The notes under the pieces: model-generated
Told to the model about the DNA's origin: nothing
Seen by the model: the letters and a program-made list of their open reading frames with translations, nothing else
Database searches by the model: none
In this document: positions 46,818 through 55,519 of the stretch, piece after piece
Layout: each line of letters opens with the position of its first letter
Position numbering within the stretch: the first letter of the stretch is position 1
Sequence record: PZ357121.2
DNA length: 64,000 bases
Source: a phage
Reading direction: 5' to 3' (one strand)
Position numbers and translations under genes: made by a program

Positions 46818-47090
46818 TTAACAAGTGTGAGAAGATGCGATCCAACCACCAGTTTCGAGGCTCAGGTTGTAGTCGTATTGGTAAACATCAGCCCATTCAG
46901 CATAGCCGTTTTTTGTACAACGTTCAAGATCGGCTTTAAGTTGTCCGGGTGAATGATAGGTTCCACCCATACCATAAGCTGGACACAAGTCGAATGTTGT
47001 GTTTTGTTTATCAGCAATTTCTTTGGCAGCCTCAATAGCTGCATAGATTTTTGCTACGGCTTCAGCCAGTTCGGTTTGTTCTTTAGACAT
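46818..47090 (-). CDS. small protein, paralog family member 2 (C-terminus GWIASSHTC)
   Basis: 90 aa; see paralog family. Confidence 0.55.
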   Translation of the reverse strand: MSKEQTELAEAVAKIYAAIEAAKEIADKQNTTFDLCPAYGMGGTYHSPGQLKADLERCTKNGYAEWADVYQYDYNLSLETGGWIASSHTC

Positions 47091-47099
47091 AATGATTCC

Positions 47100-47405
47100 T
47101 TAGCACAACGCAGAAGACGAAACCCAAGCACCTTCAGTAATAACGTAACCATTACCTTCACGCTTAACATCGCCACCATTATTTTCAATTTCATCTTTCA
47201 TCCACTGGGATACGATTTCACCCTTAGGATAATAAGTACGACCGCTACCATAATCACCTACAGAAAATGATACGGCGTATTGGTCTGCGATCTTTGTTGC
47301 TTCTTCTTCGATACGTTCAGCTTGATTCAGAAGTTTATAAATTGCATCTGAAGCGGATTTGGCATCATTAAACTCTGGTACTTTAATTTCAATAATCTTA
47401 CTCAT
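47100..47405 (-). CDS. small protein, paralog family member 1 (C-terminus AWVSSSALC)
   Basis: 101 aa; see paralog family. Confidence 0.55.
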   Translation of the reverse strand: MSKIIEIKVPEFNDAKSASDAIYKLLNQAERIEEEATKIADQYAVSFSVGDYGSGRTYYPKGEIVSQWMKDEIENNGGDVKREGNGYVITEGAWVSSSALC

Positions 47406-47761
47406 TTTCTACATTCCTTAATAAAGTTTTCTATTGTTTCATTTTCACGTCTAGCTAGGAGTTCATTATAACTAATCATTTGAGAAGCGTAAACCTTTTT
47501 ATTTTTCTTGTTATGGTTTATAAAATCGTAGTAAAAATAGACTACAGTACAAAATGATGCGATGGATGCAAAGGCTTGGGTATACCGTAAGTCCTGCCAT
47601 TGGTCTGTGAATCCACCAGTGTTCCCTATAAATCCTAACACAACGCCGTCAATAAGAAATCCAACTAATCCAAAGGCAAATCCCATGCCAATACTCATAA
47701 TAAAAATTAGAATGTTCTCACCAAGAGAAGGCCATACGGTTAAGAGTTGAGGCTTTTGCAT
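47402..47761 (-). CDS. membrane protein (C-terminal FIKECR junction motif)
   Basis: 119 aa; TM segments; ends ...ENFIKECRK. Confidence 0.55.
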   Translation of the reverse strand: MQKPQLLTVWPSLGENILIFIMSIGMGFAFGLVGFLIDGVVLGFIGNTGGFTDQWQDLRYTQAFASIASFCTVVYFYYDFINHNKKNKKVYASQMISYNELLARRENETIENFIKECRK

Positions 47762-48135
47762 CTTATTTCCTTAACGAATTCCATAGCTTCTTCATATTCA
47801 TACTTTTTAACAGCTTCGTCATACTGAGCTTGGGCTTTTGCGCACTGAACTTTCCATTCTCTTAATCGGGCTCTGTGATGACGTCCTTGGTGCCAATATC
47901 CTGCCCAATTAATAGGCATTAATAAAAATGGTACAATAAACGACCCGGCTATAATAAGTAAAAACACTGCATCAGACGATATAACTTCACTAGAATCTAA
48001 AATAGCTCCTATAATCATAAAGATTAAAAATGCTAAAGCTAAAATAGGGCCAAATAGTACTTCATTTGGGATTAATTTACGCTTGTATTCATACGCCCAG
48101 GGCTTACTTGGCATGTATAGGGTTGGCTTTGACAT
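47740..48135 (-). CDS. membrane protein
   Basis: 131 aa from ATG 48135 (MSKPTLY...); RBS lies in the FIMECR-coding junction of the upstream gene. Confidence 0.5.
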   Translation of the reverse strand: MSKPTLYMPSKPWAYEYKRKLIPNEVLFGPILALAFLIFMIIGAILDSSEVISSDAVFLLIIAGSFIVPFLLMPINWAGYWHQGRHHRARLREWKVQCAKAQAQYDEAVKKYEYEEAMEFVKEIRCKSLNS

Positions 48136-48700
48136 ATTCTCTACATTCCATAATAAATTGCTCAAGGATTAAATTGTTAGTGAAATTAGGACTAACAACC
48201 ATGGTTTCATAAAGCGCATCAATAGCACTTAAAGCATCAACTCTTTTAAGCAAAGGCTTGCCTTCATACATAGTTTCAGAATCGACGATTAACGTAAAGT
48301 AATATTTTTTATTATCGACTAGAACTTCAGTATCGATATAAAACATGTTAGACCTTAAGAGCTTATCTCTAAAACCATAATAATCTTCAGAGCGTTCGCT
48401 GATATAGTCCCGTTCAGTGTTTAAACAACAAACAGACCATGTAGGAGCAACAAAATCAGTGAATCTAATATCATGGTCTGCAACTAGTTTAGCAATAGCT
48501 CCGATATCATGAATCATAATACCTGGGGCTAATAAAGATTTTCGGCGATTTGCATATTCAGTTGTCTCATAAGAAGACGACCAGTACCATTTACGTCCAG
48601 TTGCAACATATCGTAATGAATCAACTAAAGAAGTAGGTGGATTTACCTTATTTCGGAACTCTTCGAACATTGAGTCAATATCATTATTTTGGTTTCGCAT
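48104..48700 (-). CDS. hypothetical protein
   Basis: 198 aa from ATG 48700 (MRNQNNDIDS...), SD AAGGAG. Confidence 0.6.
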   Translation of the reverse strand: MRNQNNDIDSMFEEFRNKVNPPTSLVDSLRYVATGRKWYWSSSYETTEYANRRKSLLAPGIMIHDIGAIAKLVADHDIRFTDFVAPTWSVCCLNTERDYISERSEDYYGFRDKLLRSNMFYIDTEVLVDNKKYYFTLIVDSETMYEGKPLLKRVDALSAIDALYETMVVSPNFTNNLILEQFIMECREYVKANPIHAK

Positions 48701-48748
48701 GTTAACTCCTTTATTATCCAAAGGAGGACCGGAGTCCTCCGTATTATT

Positions 48749-49342
48749 TTATTTCAAAGAGTTAATATATTCTTGTACATCAGCAGAAGTGGTTTCGACA
48801 CCAGCTGGAGCGCCATTGAACGTTTCAACACGAGTCAGAGTGTCTTCGATATCAACCTTAGTCAGTGCAGCGATTTCAATTACATCGTCAGCCGTAGAGA
48901 TACCAAGGGCATTAGCTGCTCGAGTTTCACGAATGTATTCGAGTTTGATTGCCAGATTCTGACGAGCATCGTCAAGTTCAACAACCTTACGAGCAATTTC
49001 AATTCGCATAGCGGCATACCCGTCAGCTTTTGTATTAAGTTGTTCAGCCGTTCGACGATACAGAAGACCAAGCTTAGCATGCATGGTAACATCTTGACCT
49101 TCAGCCAGGAGCTTACGAATTTCACGTTCCTTAGAAGCGGCTTGCTTATTCTTTTCATTAACAAGTTCGCGAATACGTTTTTCTTCATTAATAGATTTAA
49201 CAGAAGCCGTTTTTAGTTCTTTGATTTGGGTAATCAACTTATCTGCAGCTGCGTTATACTGTTCTTCGACAGTCAGATTTTTAGCCATAGCAGTACCCAG
49301 TTTAGTGCGGATGAATTCAACAAGTTTCTTCAGTGTGTTCAT
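48749..49342 (-). CDS. coiled-coil protein with PspA/IM30-like features (tentative)
   Basis: 197 aa from ATG 49342; amphipathic N-terminal helix then long charged coiled coil in a PspA-like arrangement. Confidence 0.5.
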   Translation of the reverse strand: MNTLKKLVEFIRTKLGTAMAKNLTVEEQYNAAADKLITQIKELKTASVKSINEEKRIRELVNEKNKQAASKEREIRKLLAEGQDVTMHAKLGLLYRRTAEQLNTKADGYAAMRIEIARKVVELDDARQNLAIKLEYIRETRAANALGISTADDVIEIAALTKVDIEDTLTRVETFNGAPAGVETTSADVQEYINSLK

Positions 49343-49412
49343 ATTATTACCTTTCAATTGGTGGTTTATTATCCAATGAGAGCATTATACTCTGCTCTCA
49401 AGAGTTTGTAAA

Positions 49413-49640
49413 TTATTTTTTAATCAAATTGACATAAAACTCGGCGTCTTCCGGGTGCATGCCTTCGCAGTATTCTTCAACCATGAACTTCTTAACAGCT
49501 TCATAAGGACCACTCAGATTAAGCTCAGTTGTCCAGAACTTGGAATCTTGGACTGAATCGATACGAACTTCAGGGTGGCGGTTGCGAATAACTTCTTCGG
49601 TGTATTCATAATCAACGACATCAATACTAACTGTAGCCAT
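49413..49640 (-). CDS. hypothetical acidic protein
   Basis: 75 aa ORF; early promoter with inverted repeat upstream. Confidence 0.55.
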   Translation of the reverse strand: MATVSIDVVDYEYTEEVIRNRHPEVRIDSVQDSKFWTTELNLSGPYEAVKKFMVEEYCEGMHPEDAEFYVNLIKK

Positions 49641-49707
49641 TTTGTTTCTCCTCTGTAGTTGATAAGTCTATAGTATCACCATCTTTGGTGCTTGTACATC
49701 ATTATTT

Positions 49708-50013
49708 TTAATTTTTCCAACTTAACAACTTGTAGTGTCCTTCATTCATACGTGGTTTATCCCAAGAAATACTAATATATGATTCGCTGTCAATAGAAGT
49801 CGCCGGGTTTTTCTCTACCGTAAGACCTTCACTTTCCAGCCATTCAATAGTATTTGCGCATAAATCGGAAGAACACCTCATTGGAAACCGGCAAGATTTT
49901 TCACCTTTAGCTGCAGTGTTATACATCTTTTCTAAAATACGCTTTTGCACGTTTTTAAAAATAGTTTCAGCAGATTCTTCAGATTTTTTATTCAGTTCAG
50001 TATAAAGATTCAT
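49708..50013 (-). CDS. hypothetical protein
   Basis: 101 aa from ATG 50013, SD GAGGAG. Confidence 0.5.
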   Translation of the reverse strand: MNLYTELNKKSEESAETIFKNVQKRILEKMYNTAAKGEKSCRFPMRCSSDLCANTIEWLESEGLTVEKNPATSIDSESYISISWDKPRMNEGHYKLLSWKN

Positions 50014-50070
50014 AATATTCTCCTCATTAATAGGGCTCATAATATCTCAATCATAAGCCCGTGTAAACAA

Positions 50071-50346
50071 TTATTTCATATTATTGAAATAATCTTCCGC
50101 ATCAAAATCGTTATCATGGTAAACTTTGGTAGACGATTTGGCGTAACCTTCAGCTGAGAACATATTAATCACAACTTTAATTGTATACCACTGTCCGTCT
50201 TCATTACCCATTACTGCATAGGTTTCATACACTGGGTGTTCAGGTCCAATAACTTTAATATCATTCACCGTACGTCCGAAATCTTCTGGAACGCATTTCA
50301 TAAAGAAGTTGAACAGTTCACCGTAATTATCCATTTCATTCTCCAA
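50071..50346 (-). CDS. hypothetical acidic protein
   Basis: 91 aa ORF. Confidence 0.55.
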   Translation of the reverse strand: MENEMDNYGELFNFFMKCVPEDFGRTVNDIKVIGPEHPVYETYAVMGNEDGQWYTIKVVINMFSAEGYAKSSTKVYHDNDFDAEDYFNNMK

Positions 50347-50538
50347 GTTTTTTCTGTATTGGTAGTTGATAGTTGTATAGTACCACGGAAGAACAGGGAT
50401 GTAAACAGTTTTGTGAAAAAAAGTTTTTGTGGAATTCTAGGGCAGGGAGAGGAAATTAAAAAGTAGGATAATATATTATAAAGGGTATAAACTAAATGAT
50501 GTGCCTAGAGAGGTCCAGAAAGGCCTAGATACCAAAAA

Positions 50539-50560
50539 GCCCCAACCTTTCGGAAGGGGC
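50539..50560 (-). terminator. rho-independent terminator closing the RNA-gene cluster (minus strand)
   Basis: GCCCCAACC-TTTC-GGAAGGGGC hairpin followed on minus strand by TTTTTGGT. Confidence 0.55.
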
Positions 50561-50600
50561 TATACCTTGTCGGGGTTCCACCTGCAAGGCAAGTGTTTGT

Positions 50601-50692
50601 ACGAAACGCCGGGATTCGAACCCGGTTATTAAGCAGTTGACGCTACTCAATATTTTTAAAAGGCCATATCTCGACCATATCCGAACGTTCCG
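50601..50692 (-). ncRNA. tRNA-like element / candidate small stable RNA (canonical T-arm and acceptor pairing, no clean cloverleaf)
   Basis: Minus strand has CCGGG-TTCGAAT-CCCGG T-arm and 7-bp acceptor-like pairing CGGAACG/CGTTTCG, but D and anticodon arms do not fold canonically. Confidence 0.35.
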
Positions 50693-50860
50693 TCAAAAAC
50701 GCTACTCGGCTTACGGCAAAGATATTTCCTCGAATCGATAATTCTGTGCGCTGTTTCTGCTGTGATGTAAGGGGATATTAACGAATCATAAAGATTTATT
50801 AAGACCAGTCCTTACGCAGGGAACATCAGTCCGACGACTTACCGGTAGCGACCCGGCTTC

Positions 50861-51205
50861 TTATTTTGGCATATCATCAATTTGCTCTCGACGCCGACGC
50901 CATAGATTAATCGCTTCATAAACACATTCTGCGTTTGGTATATGACGGCAATAATATAATGATTCGCGTTTCTGGAACCGATGTTGCAACGGGATTTCGT
51001 TTAAAAGGTCTTTACGGTCAAAGTATTCAAAACTAGTTAACCCAGAACGATTTTTAATGAACTTCCAATGCCCAAATTCATTTTGAACATAGATGTAATC
51101 GGCATGCTGATACAGCGAATTAATCAATCGATGAGAAATAACTGTATCATATTCGTTAAAATAAAACGTTAAATCATGAACTACCAGATAAATATTGCCT
51201 TTCAT
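50861..51205 (-). CDS. hypothetical protein
   Basis: 114 aa from ATG 51205 (MKGNIYLVVHDL...), SD GAGGAAAA. Confidence 0.5.
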   Translation of the reverse strand: MKGNIYLVVHDLTFYFNEYDTVISHRLINSLYQHADYIYVQNEFGHWKFIKNRSGLTSFEYFDRKDLLNEIPLQHRFQKRESLYYCRHIPNAECVYEAINLWRRRREQIDDMPK

Positions 51206-51284
51206 ATTTTCCTCACTTAAAGTTGGTGCCTCTAGAAAGATTTGAACTCTCACCATTAACCTTAGAACGATTATATGCTATCCA

Positions 51285-51956
51285 TTACACTATAGAGGCA
51301 ATTAAATTATTTACAATATCTTCTTTATAAACTTCAGCATAATGAAGTTCATATATTTCCCATCCTAATGATTTTATAATATCATGGCGTTCTTTATAAT
51401 AAGGGGCCAAAATCTTTTTCTTAGGATTGGAGTAATGTTGGTTTCCATTAACTTCAATAATAATCTTTTTATCTATTAAAGCAATATCCGTGCAATACGC
51501 TCGGTTTTTAACCGGTTGGTATTCTTCAATAAATGAAATTCCGTTTTCTATTAATTTAGATTTCAAAAATTCACAAGGCACAGATTTAAATTTTGTATTT
51601 TTCTTCCAAGGATGTTTATCAGGGTTTTCATTCAACCATTTTTTCCGAGCATTAGATATTTTTATTCTAGATTCCTCAGAGTGTTCTCTACCTAATGAAG
51701 CGGCTGACAATTTTTGTCTAGTCTCTTCCGAAATTACTACAGGGACACCAGTCTTTTTAGATACAACATACTGGTTTAAATTACCTGAAGCTATACGTGC
51801 TTTATTCATTGCTGCAATGGCTGATTTAGAACTTTCTTTATACAATTCCAATTTAGGGTTGGATTTACACCATCTAGTGTGGTTAGCCATCCATCCTTTA
51901 GGTTTATTAGAAATATCAAATTCCATATTACAATGTTTACAAATGCTCATTACCAA
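51285..51956 (-). CDS. homing-endonuclease-like protein with N-terminal zinc finger, NUMOD3 and C-terminal Vsr/DUF559-like nuclease domain
   Basis: 223 aa; CKHCNMEF..HTRWCK finger, LGREHSEESRIKIS (NUMOD3-like), C-terminal IIIEVNGNQHY...RHDIIKSLGWEIYEL; in tRNA region where T4 has segB. Confidence 0.7.
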   Translation of the reverse strand: MVMSICKHCNMEFDISNKPKGWMANHTRWCKSNPKLELYKESSKSAIAAMNKARIASGNLNQYVVSKKTGVPVVISEETRQKLSAASLGREHSEESRIKISNARKKWLNENPDKHPWKKNTKFKSVPCEFLKSKLIENGISFIEEYQPVKNRAYCTDIALIDKKIIIEVNGNQHYSNPKKKILAPYYKERHDIIKSLGWEIYELHYAEVYKEDIVNNLIASIV

Positions 51957-51960
51957 TTAT

Positions 51961-51979
51961 CTCCTATAAAATATAGGAG
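51961..51979 (-). promoter_or_regulatory. perfect hairpin sequestering the SD of gene 51285..51956
   Basis: CTCCTATA-AAA-TATAGGAG; on the minus strand the proximal arm TATAGGAG is the RBS 5 nt before ATG 51956. Confidence 0.45.
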
Positions 51980-52024
51980 TATTTATTATTTGGATAGAGC
52001 ACTTAATTTACTTCGTTTAAATTA

Positions 52025-52096
52025 CTGGCGCACTTGGACTCGAACCAAGATAAAGGAGTTAACAGCTCCCCGTAATAACCTTTATACGATGCACCA
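52025..52096 (-). tRNA. tRNA-Asn (anticodon GUU), CCA not encoded
   Basis: Manual cloverleaf: acceptor UGGUGCA/UGCGCCA, anticodon stem GGGAG/CUCCU with loop CUGUUAA, T-arm CUUGG-UUCGAGU-CCAAG, discriminator G; U1-A72 as in E. coli tRNA-Asn. Confidence 0.75.
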
Positions 52097-52102
52097 TTTG
52101 TT

Positions 52103-52177
52103 TGGTGACCCTGGCTGGTTTCGATCCAGCTACCTATCAGTTATGAGCTGACAGCTCTCCCATTGAGCTACAGGGCC
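52103..52177 (-). tRNA. tRNA with CAU anticodon (Met or AUA-decoding Ile2-like), CCA encoded
   Basis: Manual cloverleaf: acceptor GGCCCUG/CAGGGUC, D-stem GCUC/GAGC, anticodon loop CUCAUAA, T-stem GCUGG/CCAGC, 3' ACCA; resembles E. coli tRNA-Ile2. Confidence 0.75.
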
Positions 52178-52256
52178 TAAATAACTTTCTATTATGAAAG
52201 GCACTTTAGAGCACCTTTGGTAATAGAGGGTATGAATTAATAATAACACATAATTC

Positions 52257-52772
52257 TTAAAGCAAATCAATCATTTTAACAGTCGGCAAAACAATTTCTT
52301 CTTCAATATAAGCGAATTCAACACGTTCAACTACACGCAAGAAATCATAGTCGTAGTATTCAGAAGCATAGCCAAGAATATCAATAAGGCCTTGGGATAT
52401 CTCATCGCCTTTCACAAAGAACAGGTCGAATACACGCGATTCGTCTTCTTCAGATTTATTACCAAGGTCGACTTCAATATCAAAGACCTTTTTAATGAAT
52501 TCTGGATAAAGCTGGTCTGAGAACAGTCCTTCAACCAAGTATTCATAGATTAAAAGCGAGCAATCACTGAATGGTGTATTACCACAGTAACGTTCAACTT
52601 TAGTGCTAGAATGACGACTCTTAAATTTCTTCAAGAGATATTTAAACTGTTGGAGCTCATGCTCTTCTACACCAAATAATGTTTTGGTTTTATAGTTGTC
52701 GCCGTCATTTTCCCAAGTAGTGACATCAATTACGTAACCTTTAGGAATTGTACTGCCTAAACAAATATTCAT
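52257..52772 (-). CDS. hypothetical acidic protein
   Basis: 171 aa ORF. Confidence 0.6.
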   Translation of the reverse strand: MNICLGSTIPKGYVIDVTTWENDGDNYKTKTLFGVEEHELQQFKYLLKKFKSRHSSTKVERYCGNTPFSDCSLLIYEYLVEGLFSDQLYPEFIKKVFDIEVDLGNKSEEDESRVFDLFFVKGDEISQGLIDILGYASEYYDYDFLRVVERVEFAYIEEEIVLPTVKMIDLL

Positions 52773-52776
52773 TTAC

Positions 52777-53067
52777 TCACCGTACCATATTAATGTAATT
52801 ATATTCAATGCAACATAATTTCAAAGGATTCTTGAAAATATCATATTCAAGAGGACCTTTTTCTGTTTCAATAAAGAAATCAAAGTTCACACTATTAAAT
52901 TTGCGGTCTTCCCAAAGTAATTTAACCTGTGAAGATGAACGGTCGACGTAAACCTTTTCAACTTCAAAACATGTTAAAATGCCATAATCATCAATCAAGG
53001 CTTTAGCTGCTTCTTGATCATATTTATATCCATTTTCAATGGATGATACTTTCGCATAAAGAATCAT
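52777..53067 (-). CDS. hypothetical protein
   Basis: 96 aa ORF. Confidence 0.55.
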   Translation of the reverse strand: MILYAKVSSIENGYKYDQEAAKALIDDYGILTCFEVEKVYVDRSSSQVKLLWEDRKFNSVNFDFFIETEKGPLEYDIFKNPLKLCCIEYNYINMVR

Positions 53068-53069
53068 TA

Positions 53070-53453
53070 TTAACCTTTATCAACAATAGTATGTGTATGG
53101 GCATTTACGATTTGCCACCAGTCAAAACTATCGCCAAATCGTTTTGATTTATTGTCTTCAATAATTTGGCGTAATTCATCTTCAGTAGCGGCTTTCGCGA
53201 TTAAATCAGCATATCCACCACGAGGATAATAATTATCACCTGCAAAAAGTAAAAAGTTTGGTTTAATATTATTAAACTCTTCAAGAGTAATAACTTTTCC
53301 TGTCGGTTGAACAATCTCTACATATTTATATCCTAATTTTTGAGCAGCATCTACTGCTTCAAGCAAAGTATCATGAGCCCATCCAATTTGACAACCTGGC
53401 TTTTCAGATGGATTAGCCTGATAATCCGCGTACACTTTATACATTCTATTCAC
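53070..53453 (-). CDS. hypothetical protein
   Basis: 127 aa ORF. Confidence 0.6.
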   Translation of the reverse strand: MNRMYKVYADYQANPSEKPGCQIGWAHDTLLEAVDAAQKLGYKYVEIVQPTGKVITLEEFNNIKPNFLLFAGDNYYPRGGYADLIAKAATEDELRQIIEDNKSKRFGDSFDWWQIVNAHTHTIVDKG

Positions 53454-53652
53454 CTTTAGAAATTTTATCCATAACGATAGCGATTAAGCCGATTAGAAAT
53501 GCTACTACCAATGAGATAGAATTTTCGGTTGTTGTCAGTAGTCCGCAAATGAATCCTACAAACATCGAAAAACTAAAAGCCATTGAAGCAATTACTACAG
53601 CAACATTACGAATCAGTTCAGCGCGTTTCATTTTATTTCTCCATTTACTCAT
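53446..53652 (-). CDS. small membrane protein
   Basis: 68 aa; two hydrophobic segments; PeSL promoter upstream. Confidence 0.55.
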   Translation of the reverse strand: MSKWRNKMKRAELIRNVAVVIASMAFSFSMFVGFICGLLTTTENSISLVVAFLIGLIAIVMDKISKGE

Positions 53653-53659
53653 TTGTTTT

Positions 53660-53698
53660 GATAGGACTACTATAACATAGTCCTATCATCATGTAAAC
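53660..53698 (-). promoter_or_regulatory. early promoter with 28-bp perfect palindrome (PeSL-type cassette)
   Basis: GATAGGACTA-CTATAACA-TAGTCCTATC then tgtaaac; identical to the 35284 copy. Confidence 0.55.
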
Positions 53699-53700
53699 TA

Positions 53701-53964
53701 TTAAATACCAGCTTCGCGTTTAACATAATCGACGTAAGCTTGGATAGCTTTCTTGCTGGTAATTTTTACCTGACCACGACCATTGCCTTCTTTAGAGTTT
53801 TTCTTAACAACTACATTACCATCTTTAACACCCCATACATGGACGTAAGTACCGATGTTTCGGTCGTAGAACATTGCATGGTCGTTGTTGTAAGAGAATG
53901 ATTCGTAGTTCTCTGTCAGAGTAGAAGATTGAGATTCGGCGATAAATTCTTTATAGGTTTTCAT
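53701..53964 (-). CDS. ipI: internal protein I-like (capsid-injected, CTS-bearing)
   Basis: 87 aa; starts MKTYKEFIAES (capsid-targeting sequence); T4 ipI position next to 57B; early promoter with inverted repeat upstream. Confidence 0.75.
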   Translation of the reverse strand: MKTYKEFIAESQSSTLTENYESFSYNNDHAMFYDRNIGTYVHVWGVKDGNVVVKKNSKEGNGRGQVKITSKKAIQAYVDYVKREAGI

Positions 53965-54041
53965 TTTATTTCCTTGAGGCTGTTTATTTGATAGGATGAT
54001 AGTAACACACCATCATCCTTATGTAAACTGTTTTGTGAAAA

Positions 54042-54727
<686 letters not shown>

Positions 54728-54731
54728 TTTA

Positions 54732-55466
54732 TTACCTTAAGATTGTTTCAATTTTAGAATAAAGCTCTTCTAAAGAGCCGTCGTTTGTAATAACTAAATC
54801 GCCTTCTTCAATAGGCAACCCAGCTTCTGTAATATGTTTATCAGTGGATTCCGTACCAGAGCGAACCACATGAATAACTGTAGCACCCATCGCTCTAGCG
54901 GTTTCCATTTCATGGACTTGGCGTGTATCGGTTACAACATAGTAATCGAAATCACTTCCAATATAATCCATATAGTTTAATGCAAAAAGTTTAACCCAAT
55001 ACATACGGTCAAATAAATTAACGACAACATCCGTACCGAGGGCTTGCATAAGACGGCGGATTGACCATGTGTCGTTGATATTATTTATAGCTTCACGCAG
55101 GGCTTCATATGGTTTAATATCTAGATATGAATACCCACCTTCTAATGATGATAATACTTTAACATTATTAATTGGTAAATATTGACTTTGTAAATAAATT
55201 AGCGCTTCTTCCAATAATTCAATAACATCCAACTTATTGAGATTTAATGGTGTTTCACGGTCGTATCCAACACCTTCGAAGTATTCATATTTCAACTCAG
55301 TGAATACATCAGGATTTTCAGCATGCCTACGTCCCCAGGCTATTGCTAGAGCGTCTTTAATCGGATATGCCAATTGGTATTTTACGGATTTAAAGTTTGA
55401 ATTGATGTAATCGGCAGTAGTGTCTTTACCACTACGTTTGATGCCGCTTAAAAAGATTAGCTCCAT
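54732..55466 (-). CDS. 1: deoxynucleoside monophosphate kinase gp1
   Basis: 244 aa; P-loop GIKRSGKDT; ...RRLMQALGTDVVVNLFDRMYWVKLFAL...ARAMGATVIHVVR matches T4 gp1. Confidence 0.92.
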   Translation of the reverse strand: MELIFLSGIKRSGKDTTADYINSNFKSVKYQLAYPIKDALAIAWGRRHAENPDVFTELKYEYFEGVGYDRETPLNLNKLDVIELLEEALIYLQSQYLPINNVKVLSSLEGGYSYLDIKPYEALREAINNINDTWSIRRLMQALGTDVVVNLFDRMYWVKLFALNYMDYIGSDFDYYVVTDTRQVHEMETARAMGATVIHVVRSGTESTDKHITEAGLPIEEGDLVITNDGSLEELYSKIETILR

Positions 55467-55519
55467 AGGTTTTCCTCATATAATTTATGAATGATTATAA
55501 CATACGGAGCTAGAAGCGA

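Noticed and set aside
50601-50692. Calling this element a canonical long-variable-arm tRNA
   Set aside because: Only the T-arm and acceptor pairing are convincing; D and anticodon arms cannot be drawn, so it is reported as a tRNA-like or stable-RNA candidate.
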